NCBI GenBank assembly: GCA_964019425.1
Contig: OZ025803.1
Span: 372,001-436,000 of the forward strand
Origin: Flectonema sp. DT1601
Taxonomy: Eukaryota
Direction of reading: 5' to 3'
DNA length: 64,000 nucleotides
The stretch's first letter is position 1. Each line of letters begins with the position of its first letter. Below are positions 54,345 to 64,000 of this stretch, in pieces. The notes beneath the pieces were generated by a model. It made no database searches and was not told the origin of the DNA. It saw nothing but the letters and a program-made list of their open reading frames with translations. The position numbers were made by a program, and so were the translations under genes.

Positions 54345-55923
54345 TCATAGTGCAACAAATTCAGTTTGATTTAACTCTTGACTCATAGAATAATTTATAC
54401 GTTCTTCTGGGCAAAGCTCTATTGCCTGAAAGTCCTGCAAGGAAACACTGTTATTTTTCTTCTTCATTATAAATAAACCTGCAGCAACACCACCGACACA
54501 CAGTAATGCAGCAATCCCAATCAGCAGCCACACCCACCAGTTGCTGCTGCTGCTGTCTTTTTTACTTTCATTACCGCCTGCTCCATTCTGTTGGTATTTC
54601 ATTTCAACGATATCAAAGAAGTCAAGGATAAGGTTACGTTAATTAATTGATCTAACTTGTTAAAATAATAACATACCAGACTACTGTTCCCTGAATCTGA
54701 TGGCACTATGTCCGGTTGCAACGACTCCATTAGGGCAAGTGCAAGTATAATCACCAAGGGAGGCCAACGTTGGACTTGGGTCATTGCAAGTCTGGCTCTG
54801 GGCAGAATCACAAGGGTTAACGTCACATTCATTCTTTGAACAAGTCGCCGGACCATCAACTTGAGTGACTGAGGTATCTGACATACAAGTACAAATGAAG
54901 TCGTGAAGAGAGTCGGCAGCTTCATTTGGATCGTTGCACGTTTGATCAGCACCACACGGATTAGCATCACACTCTCTAGTTTCACATGTAGCCTGACCAC
55001 CAGTTGATACAATCGAAGGGTACATATCACAAGTACAGGTATAGTCATTACTCGAAGTAGTATCAGGATCGTTACATGTCTGTCCAGTTCCACAAGGGCT
55101 GTTGTCACACTCGTTTGTTCCTGATGGAGGTGTTGAACATCCACTTGCAGTCTCACCGTCTACCAACGTTGTCGTCGTAAGGGCTACCGATACCGGCGTA
55201 AAGACCATTACCAGGGGTGGCGTAGTTACACATCAAAAACAGCTGGGTGTCTTTTTGACACAATCCACATCCAATCCTCGAAGTCGCCTTCCAAACAATC
55301 TGGGTAAAATGACCAGTTTTTCCACTCGATGAAGCAGTGTTGTAGTCCCAACATGCTTCTTCACTGCAGTACAATAACATAATGCCTTCTGCTGGATCCC
55401 AGTTGTGTACGTCATCCAGTCCTTGTCTTGATACTAAGTTCTCACCAAGTGGGCCACCCGAGTAAGTAGGCGGGTTGTTGTGTTCAGCCATTAGTGTGTT
55501 GCATGTATTCTGGAAACCTGTGCTGCCAAGAGTGTATGCCTCAATCTCAGTATCGTAAGTAACTGGACAGGCGCCATGTTTTGCACGAAACTCGTTGTGC
55601 TTCGCTACAATACTGTTAATCTGCCACTGAGCAAGTTCAGTGAAGCAAGCGTTTGTAGTAAGGCCAGTACATTTTCCGGTCTTTGGTGCTGGGATTGGTA
55701 CACCACGAGGACAGCTGCATGGACATTTCCCTACACACAAGCTAACCGTATCCAGCATTTCACATCCAACTTGTCTGATGAAGAAGAAGCATCCAACATT
55801 ACCGTTACATGTATCTTGGCAAGGTGGGATACAAACATCTTGCATGGATCCGCAATTTTGTGCGCTGACAAAATTCGTAAATAGCAACGTTCCAATGAGG
55901 ACGGAGAGCTGCAAGCACCTCAT
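54345..55923 (-). pseudogene. CAP-EGF copy 6: frameshifted and internally deleted (may encode a 256-aa secreted CAP-only protein)
   Basis: Signal peptide and CAP domain are intact. A 2-nt deletion at about 55158 (paralogs GGA AGA TAC GGT GAG; here GGT AGA CGG TGA) gives a stop at 55153. The third EGF repeat is fused out of frame into the type B stalk exon at about 54709. The TM exon 54345-54587 is intact. Confidence 0.8.
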
Positions 55924-56294
55924 AGTTTGTTGTTTAACTGTTTATTATACAGAATAGTAATAATCTCTTATAAAAAACGTCGCTTAAGGTAAGGTTGTGC
56001 TACCCGCGAGTTAGAGGTATAGTTTGTGCAATTCTTTTAGTAAAACTTTCTTCACCAAGTGTAACAGAACAATATTAAAAACTCAACTCCAACTGTTAGG
56101 AATTATTTAACGACACATGAAAATGTTAGTAATAATAATTATCAGTCATTCAAAAAAAGAAAAAAAAAAAAAAAAACCAAAATTTCGTAGGACAACAAAC
56201 AAGTTGGTTTGGGGCTAAGAATAAAAACAATCTCTCTTCGGACCATTCCCTTACTCAGCCCTCTTCAGCGAAGAAAGCAAGGGTTTATTTTTGA

Positions 56295-56587
56295 AAAATA
56301 AAAAATCTTTTTCATAACATAATAATTGTTATTAGTATTATACAGAATCCTTTATAATACGATATGCCCAAATACCACGAAAGAAAATTGAAAGCCCCGG
56401 AACAGTACTGCGGATCGTTCACCCTTATTTGTCCAACGCAGTATAATTGTATTGTGGGCTTACCGAAGAGCTTTATAAAAGTACTGCAATAATTGGGTTT
56501 CACATGGTCATATCACTCAGCAAGAAATGAAATAAAAGGATCAGGTAAGATGACAGTCGGTTTATCGCTATAACTGCGCCAGATCCG
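56295..56587 (-). mobile_element. Second diverged copy of the 27.3-27.57 kb LINE-like fragment
   Basis: Shares ccccggaacagtac, ggatcgttcac, tgtgggcttaccgaa, catatcactcagcaagaaatgaaa and aaaaggatcaggtaagatgacagtc with 27380-27550. Confidence 0.6.
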
Positions 56588-56859
56588 TCGTGACATCAAG
56601 CTTGTCTGTCTTCGCCTCCTTTTGCATTTCTTCAATCTTCTGCGTAAGATCCTTAAATCTCTTTGTGGTTGCTTTGTTCTCTGCATCAGCGATACTTTTC
56701 TCTTTTTGCTCCCAGTTCCCTCTGCGGGCAGTTTGTTCTTTAGCATCGTAGCGCCAGTCAACACCACGGAGAGCTGCAACTTCGATAGGGTCACCAACAA
56801 TCTTGTCACCAGAGCTGCCATCTAATGCTACCAGAGAATGGCACCCTCCAAGAATAATT
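56588..56859 (-). pseudogene. Duplicated internal fragment of the P5A ATPase gene
   Basis: Near-identical to 62250-62557 except for a 21-nt deletion between tcttcgcct direct repeats, a 15-nt deletion and a few substitutions. Confidence 0.9.
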
Positions 56860-57185
56860 ACTTCTATATCTCACTACAAGCTTCAACTCCATTGTAATAT
56901 TTTTATCAGATCACAAGTTCCTCAATCACACTCTCAATAGAGCTGTCGTGTTTCAGAAGTATTACAGCCAGAGTTCTATTTAATAATAACAAGTCCCATT
57001 CCTTGTAGGAATGATATTTGACTAGAGAACTTTACTGTGGCTCTTTCTAACTCGCAATGTAACCTCTCTTCTATCATCTCATTTTCTCTTGCTTGTTCCT
57101 CAAATAATTTCTTCAAGTACTTTGTGTGATTGTTAAATAATTGTTTACCTTTCTAACTCTAAATAGTTTGTTGTAAGAGGTGGAT

Positions 57186-57995
57186 CTACACAAACAAATC
57201 CATTGGAGAGTATTTTATTATAATTTGAGAGAATTTTGGTAATTCTCTGATGGGATCCAAATCAGCATCAGTGAGAATATGTTCAAAGGAATTGTACCCC
57301 AACTCAAGTGACTTTTCAAAGGCAGCAAGAGCTTGGTCAGGACTGGAATTGTTTGAGTGACTGCAAGCTAAATTATAATACGAGGAAGCCATGGGTGACA
57401 GTCGAGTAGCAAATTCAAAGCACTTCACCGCTGAAGGGAAGTCAGATATGTTGAGTGATCGAAGGCCCTTTTTCGATAAAAATGAATTGAGTCTCTTGAG
57501 GTCAGCGTCTAAGTAAAGCTGTCCATCAACAGAAGGAGTTACCTTTAACCAATAATCAAGATTGAAGTCTTCAGGGAATACCACTCCTGAAACAAGTGCT
57601 TCTTTAGTCTCGATCCCCATTATAAATGTCAGGACTTCTTCTACAACTTCTTCAGTCTGCTCAAGAGTAGTAGATATCCTTGTTGCTTGGCGTTTCTTCT
57701 TATTCATCTCTTTGAACGGCTTCTTTTTCTTGACTTCTAATCTGAGAGGAGTATATTTATTATTATTCTTTGAGATAATTACTTTCCAAAGTCTTACGCA
57801 CTCCTCCCATTCTACATCTGTATCCATCGAAATGACGTCTCCCTCATCATCCTTGTATCTCAACTCGAAGCTACCTCTTGACCATTCTTTTACTCTTTCG
57901 TGTACAACTTGTAATGAAGGGTTGCATAAGGTTACTCTTCTGATGCTTTCTTTTTCATCATTTCTTGTGAATGTGACTTTCAGCGGGATGTTCAT
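57186..57995 (-). CDS. PB1 domain + TPR-like protein (disrupted UBA-like extension to 56906)
   Basis: LKVTF...IRRVTL...LRYKDDEGDVISMDTDVEWEEC gives the PB1 basic Lys and OPCA motif. YYNLACSHS...ALAAFEKSLELGY...DADLDPIR is TPR-like. The 3' end is uncertain. Confidence 0.75.
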   Translation of the reverse strand: MNIPLKVTFTRNDEKESIRRVTLCNPSLQVVHERVKEWSRGSFELRYKDDEGDVISMDTDVEWEECVRLWKVIISKNNNKYTPLRLEVKKKKPFKEMNKKKRQATRISTTLEQTEEVVEEVLTFIMGIETKEALVSGVVFPEDFNLDYWLKVTPSVDGQLYLDADLKRLNSFLSKKGLRSLNISDFPSAVKCFEFATRLSPMASSYYNLACSHSNNSSPDQALAAFEKSLELGYNSFEHILTDADLDPIRELPKFSQIIIKYSPMDLFV

Positions 57996-59871
57996 TATTA
58001 TTTTTTTTTTTTTTATTGTTTGCTGACAGTCGCCTGGCGATGATTATAATACCACTATCACTAATTACAAGAAGTTATTTTCTTAAAAAAAAAAAAAAAA
58101 AAAAAAAAACGGAACTTTTCCCCGTCCTCAAAATTGATTTTAATGTGAGGCTAATCCTGTAATGAAGAATACTGCTGAATAATTTCATGTTTTTATTTAT
58201 ATTCCTTCTTCAACTACCGAAAGCTTCTCAAAAGCCTTTAATACACTGACGGCCCTAAGAGACTAGCCACCAAGTTAATCTTGCCTGGTATCTCTGACTA
58301 TAGCAACGGAGTAATTTTTCCATGATGCTTTACAATCAATTATAGGTCATTGCGGTAACAATTACTCTGACATGTAATTAACAAAGACCCTCAGTAGACG
58401 CGTAAATAATTGGAGACCACTTTGTTTCCTGCACACCCTGAGGGAGTACAAACTTTCTATATTTGCGCTGAAACTTAGGGTTCAGTGTTCTCCATCTGGC
58501 CTTTGCCCTAAATTCAAAAGTAGAGTAGTTTTGTCTTTTTGCTAGACCGTGTCCCTTATGAATTAGTACTTGAGACCAGGGATCTCCAGACAGTCTGAAT
58601 CTGCTTTCTGCCTCCCCCTGTTGTTGATAATAAGTGTGCCATGGAGCGAACCTCGGAGCCTGTGTTGCTTTGTTAATTTAGAAAAAAAGAGGTTTTATAG
58701 TAAAGAACTGAAGGGGATTATGCTTGCTTAAGAACCGTCAGAACGGGGGAAAAAAAAAAAAAAATAATACAAACATCTTTAGTCCACGACTGTCTAGAAT
58801 CCCAAAGCTTTACTGCTGTGCAGCTGAAAGACCTTGCCTGGTTACCCAGGCTCTTTACCCGGGATAGTAACATTTAGTTTTTAATTTAATACCCCTCGTT
58901 ATATCTGAAAAGGAAGGTTAATAAGTTTATTTATGTATTTTGTAAATCCTAACACTTGTACAACATGGTAAGCTAATAAACTCCAAAAAAAAACAACAAG
59001 ACAACCTTCCTGATAGTATCCTAAATCTCAACAAGGCATCTACGAAGAATCTGTGAGGTGTGAAAGAACATTACTAAAAAAACATCATAAAAAGACAAAC
59101 AATCATTTATTAAACTCACTGATTGGTAAAGTGTGACTACCCCACTGTAACCTTTCCAAAGCCTCTTTTCATATGAGATAAACAAAGTGAAGGAAAGGCT
59201 AAAAAGTGGTGTTCTTCTTATCTCTCTTTTCAAAGTGTACTCAACACACTTCAGGTAGTGTTTAAACCCTCACAGAGGTCGGGGATTGTAGAAAAAGCAT
59301 CCACAACCTGAAAGAAAACACTTACAATAATTACAAAGATATTTTTAAGCTGATAAACTGATGAGAAGTGAAAGGGGAATATGAGGGGCTAGCTAGTAGT
59401 TAGGGTGAGTATCCAGTATAGGTGAGATAGTCTTAATAGGGCACCGCCCTCTCTATACTACAATCGGTGAATCAGTCCTCAGGTTTTGACAACGCAGCCA
59501 ATCCAATCCGCTACAGACTGAAACAGTGGCTAGCTAGTAATCGGGAAGGAATTTCATTATTAGTTTTTTTCATATCACAAATTATGAAGGAAACCCTTCT
59601 TCCTTACTACAGTACTCTGCAAATATATTTAGTCAGTTCATTTGGTAAACAGAATAAAAAGAGAGCTCCGACCACCCGGATGCAGATACTTCAAAAAAAC
59701 AAAAACGGGAGTGAAATTAAAAAAAAAAAAAAAAAAAAAAGAAAAGGGGAAAATAATCAAAAAAAAAAAAAAAATCGCCTTCTGGCGGAACAGACCACTT
59801 GTCGGGTACGAGTCGTCAAAATTAGATACGAAGTGAAATATCATTTTACCTTCAGTACGCTAACTGTCGTA

Positions 59872-62800
59872 TTAATCACCCAACTCTTTTTTATTCATTC
59901 TCTTGTAAATAAAGTATCCGATTATACCAAATAGTGGATTGGTAGCAAGCACCATAAAACCAACAACGACGTATCCAATAGTTTTAAGGACTGGAATGAA
60001 GTCCACTAATTTAGTAGCTGCGGCTTCCTCACACATTATACGGAAGATCTTTGGGGAGAAGATGGCAGTACATAAACGATCCCAAACAAAAGTTCCAAAG
60101 ACTGAAAGACTGATTAGATAAATTGTTTTCCATCTCATCTCGTCGTTTGGAAATGGAGCGAAGTGAAACATTTCATTTGCAGCTGGTGAGAATTCCCAGG
60201 CGACATACGCAACACATGCAAAGCATGAAAATAGCGATAACGTCAAAGCATGGTTCTCTAGGATACCTTTCATCCATGGACGTCCCTTGTAGTTCACAAA
60301 TAGAATTCCAATCATTTGAGAAGTCTCAACAAGGAACACAACAGTGTTTAAAAGATTAGGCATAAATGGACGAAGCCACAGTGCCTGACTGATCATAGAG
60401 AAGGAATCTTCCTCGTTTTCTTCAAGTTCGGGATTGTTACGGTGAAAATCGACGACCTTGGCGAGAAGCTCAGGTCCCATGGCTTCAGTTGACATAGTCA
60501 CAGCAACATGCATACAATAAACATGAATTAGTGCCTGGCCGAGGAAGGACATAAATATCGCTGGGTGGAATAACGAGCGAAGAGGACGTTGAGGATGCAT
60601 CTTGTCAATTGGAGTAGCGTAAGAGAATGCAAGGTTAGCGATAGTTAACAACCATCCACTTACAAGCATTTGTCTTTCAGACTGTCGGGCTCCTTCTAGA
60701 CTGAGAGCAGAAAGTGTATACGCAGTGATGACAGATTCCAACATCATAATTTGTTGTTGTTGAAGAGCACTCAGAAGAGTACATCTTCCCTGACGTATTA
60801 AATCGATTGTCGATTTGATTGTTGGAAGTCTCGAAGTAAACGAGGCGGCAACACTCGCGTCACCCGGTCTGATCATCAGAGTGTCTGATTCTCCTCCAGC
60901 AGCCAAAGCGTCTTCCAGAGACGGAGCGTATACGTTACCGACCTTTGAGACTTCACGTTCTTCCTTCACCATTTCAGTCTTAATGCGACCTAATACTGAT
61001 TGCATTGCTTGGAACTGTCCCATCACTCCGCAGTCCTCTCCTCGTTCTTCTCTTTTCTTTAATTCCTCCTGAAACCACTCTGCTTGCTTTCCCTTAATTT
61101 CTTCATTCTTCTTTCCCATTAAAGTTCTACGAACGGCATTAGCCTTCTGCGCTTTCTCGTCGAGCTCCTTTTGGTGTTTGTTGAGGAGCTGTTCGTTTGA
61201 CATGCCGTTTTCGTCGGTTTTCGTTTTGTCGCTGCCAGCGTCAGTGTTCGCATTTCCGTAACCAGACAGAAGAGCCAAACCGACGTCTGCCTGCTTCAAG
61301 GCGCCGACATCGTTAGAACCGTCTCCGCACATCAAAACGAAACCCTTCGATTCTTGTTGAATGGCTCGGATAACTTTTGCCTTTCCGGGAGGACTCATAC
61401 GAGCAAACACCTCGATGTACGTTACTTCACGCCAGATACCTGGTCCAACTATTGCTGCTGCCTTCTCGAGATTCTCTTCTTCTGTCATCAAGTTGTATTC
61501 TTCAGATAGTTCTTTAACGCACCCAACTTCGTATGGAATTCGCTTCTTGTCGTCTCCTGTTTGTTTATTTATTTAAATAAGTTTTACTCAAAGAGAAGTC
61601 GCTTTGTTTTGAATTAGAAGAAAACATACCCAGAGCACTAACCCATTCAGCCTTGTCATCGTTTACTTCGATTACAAGCGTCTCAGATGATGTGCAAATT
61701 CCGACTTCCTTAGCAACGTGGAGGGCAGTTAGAGGACCATCACCAGTAACCATTATTAAGGAGTGATCGGAATCTTTAAGGGATCCAATCTGTTTGTTGT
61801 ATTTTTTATTATAATTTTCTAAAGTAATCCTTCACGAGGAACACATTACATACAACAGCAGAGGTGTCATTTCTAATTCTGCATGAGAATCCGATAAACC
61901 CGGCAAACTTCAGATCTTTCTCAACCTGTTTGATTGTTTGTTTTATTGTTGTTTTATTATATTTGTATTTATATCAGTTCAATTCATACCTCTGCGCGAG
62001 TCGGTTTGGAAGAACTAGCAGGGAGCCATTTATAAGCGAGTGCGAGAACACGCTTACCTTCAGCCATGTGAGAAACGAATGATTTTTTATACCAAGTTGG
62101 GATATCTTTTGGGTTCAAAAGATTTAAAACTGCTTCAGGTGATCCTTTCACGAGAACACAATTCTTCTGCTCTGCCTGCTGACATCCCGAAATCTCAGCG
62201 ACGACACTCATTCTCTGCAACTGACTGCTGAAGTGGAATCTGTGTTTTATCGTGACAGCAAGCTTGTCTGTCTTCGCCTTTTCTCTGGAAATCTTCGCCT
62301 CCTTTTGCATTTCTTCAATCTTCTGCGTAAGCTCCTTAAATCTCTTTGTGGTTGCTTTGTAAGCTTTAATTTCCTTCTCTGCATCAGCGATACTTTTCTC
62401 TTTTTGCTCCCAGTTCCCTCTGCGGGCAGTTTGTTCTTTAGCATCGTAGCGCCAGTCAACACCACGGAGAGCTGCAACTTCGATAGGGTCACCAACAATC
62501 TTGTCACCAGAGCTGCCATCTAATGCTACCAGAGAATGGCACCCTCCAAGAATAATTGAAGACATCTCTGATGCATCACACATTGGAGTGAGAGACATTG
62601 CTTTCTCAGCAGTCATTTTAGATTCATTGTTAACGACACCTGATGGTACTAATGTGTCTGTTGTAAGAGTTCCAGTTTTATCAAACAGAGCGTGAGTAAT
62701 CTTACCAGCGTATGGGACTCTAAACGGTTCAGTACACATGATTCCAGCCTTAGCCATCGCCATCAGCGCCGTATTGACAGCGAGTGCCATTTGCATTGGA

Positions 62801-64000
62801 AGTTGTCTTGGTACCACACTACTGATAATGATTCCTGACTTGATAAGAAGCTCGTGAGTAGTACGATCACCCTTCTGTTGTCCTTTGTTAAACACGTGTA
62901 CAGCTGCAGCAATCGCAAAGCAGAGCAACAGTAGAAGTGCTAACATCGTTTCCTTTGAGTCACCAGACACACCTTCAGTACTAAATTCAATAAGTTGCAT
63001 TAAAGATCCTTGACTAGATCCAAATCCGGTTCTGAGAACGATGCAAATCGCGCCATCATTTGGTGGCCTTGTCATGCTCTTTGGAAGGGTTGGTGCAGAT
63101 TTAGCGTTTAGGAGATTAGTGCCGCTGTACAAAGTGTGGATACGATGCTTTCCTTCAATGTTTAACATCTCTGAACCTTCTCCTGTTAATGGAACCGCGT
63201 CTTTCATTGCGGGTGTTGACTCTCCAGTGAGAGATGCTTCATTCACAACAGCAGATCCATAAACTAAAAGACAGTCGCAAGGAACGCAATCGCTGATGTC
63301 ATTGCTGGTCGGTGGCTTCGCATCTTTCGGATCTTTCTTGACAGCCGTAAACATATTTACAGAAATAACATCACCAGGAACTAATCCTTGAGAGTTGATT
63401 TCCAACCACTTTCCATTTCTTAGGACGTGTACAGGAGATGGTTTGATTGACATCTTCGTCAACTGTCCGAGAGTCTTGAGTCTCTGGAAAGCTGTTCCAC
63501 CTTCCAACATCATTATCATAAAGAACGTGAAGAAAGTAAACTGCCAATATCCATCAAGCATCCAAAGGACTGAGCAGAATATTTGAAAGACAGGTATTGG
63601 AGATATCATTTGTGATCTCCACATTGTGAAGATTGTTGGCGGAACGATCTGCAGCCGATTCTCTCCAAAAATTAGAAGCAAGTCAGAAACATCTTTATCA
63701 GATAATCCATTCTCTTTCTTGAGGTAAGTATCAATTGAACTGGTTACTGAAGCAGCCACAGGAACAACACATCCATTTCCTGTCGTACCAGTAACCTCAC
63801 AAGTCGGTTCTTCATCTTCCGCGAGGTAGCAATACTTTCTTCTTTGAAATTCAAACACCAGCTGTCCTGTTACTTTACTTCTTGCTAATGAAGAGATTCC
63901 AGGTTTCCCATGATGCTTCAACGTGTCGATTAATATTTCAGTTCCTACTTCAATAATGGTAGCTGGCTTGTAAAGCATCGTAGTACGGAAGTTGAGGTCC
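59872..64000 (-). CDS. P5A-type P-type ATPase (Spf1/ATP13A1-like), 5' end outside window
   Basis: Motifs LTGES, DKTGTLT, KGSPE, TGD, GDGSNDVGALKQA, GDASVAASFTSR, IRQGRCTL, NYKGRPW. Introns 61926-61989, 61790-61853 and 61557-61629 (GT..ACAG) join the ORF pieces in frame. The frame stays open to the right edge. Confidence 0.92.

Noticed and set aside
57140..57190. TAG reassigned to Gln (three clustered in-frame TAGs in the PB1-TPR frame)
   Set aside because: Thousands of codons in the ATPase and CAP-EGF exons contain no in-frame TAG, and TAG ends the cathepsin and MGCC genes.
58378..58600. About 70-codon ATG-less open frame on the minus strand (…FEFRAKARWRTLNPK…), possible decayed retroelement
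   Set aside because: No diagnostic motif, start or boundaries; it cannot be supported without a search.
59467..59934. 155-aa Lys-rich plus-strand ORF and similar ORFs in poly(A/T) spacers
   Set aside because: Low-complexity homopolymer products lying antisense to a 3' UTR.

Overview
AT-rich eukaryotic genomic DNA in which every supportable gene lies on the minus strand, with short GT-AG introns. This head-to-tail layout resembles polycistronic euglenozoan-type organisation (inference only). About 48 kb (8.3-56 kb) is a tandem array of six paralogs of a type I membrane protein: signal peptide, Cys-rich cap, CAP/SCP domain, variable numbers of EGF-like repeats, Ser/Thr stalk exon(s), TM helix and short tail. 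Five copies are intact (about 1260-2375 aa after my splicing) and one is truncated just after its CAP domain. The CAP heads are divergent, the EGF stalks are near-identical but differ in whole 297-bp units, and head and tail types are shuffled between copies. Copy 5 has a 6.7-kb intron filled with 188 copies of a 34-bp hairpin repeat derived from the intron's own branch-site region. Flanking genes: a coiled-coil protein (off the left edge), a permuted NlpC/P60-like hydrolase, cathepsin Z, an MGCC-acylated protein, a PB1-TPR protein and a P5A-type ATPase with a non-canonical M4 motif (off the right edge). Spacers hold LINE-like remnants, a duplicated ATPase fragment, a fold-back element and a conserved 3'-UTR stem-loop. 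All calls come from reading the sequence by eye; no searches were run.
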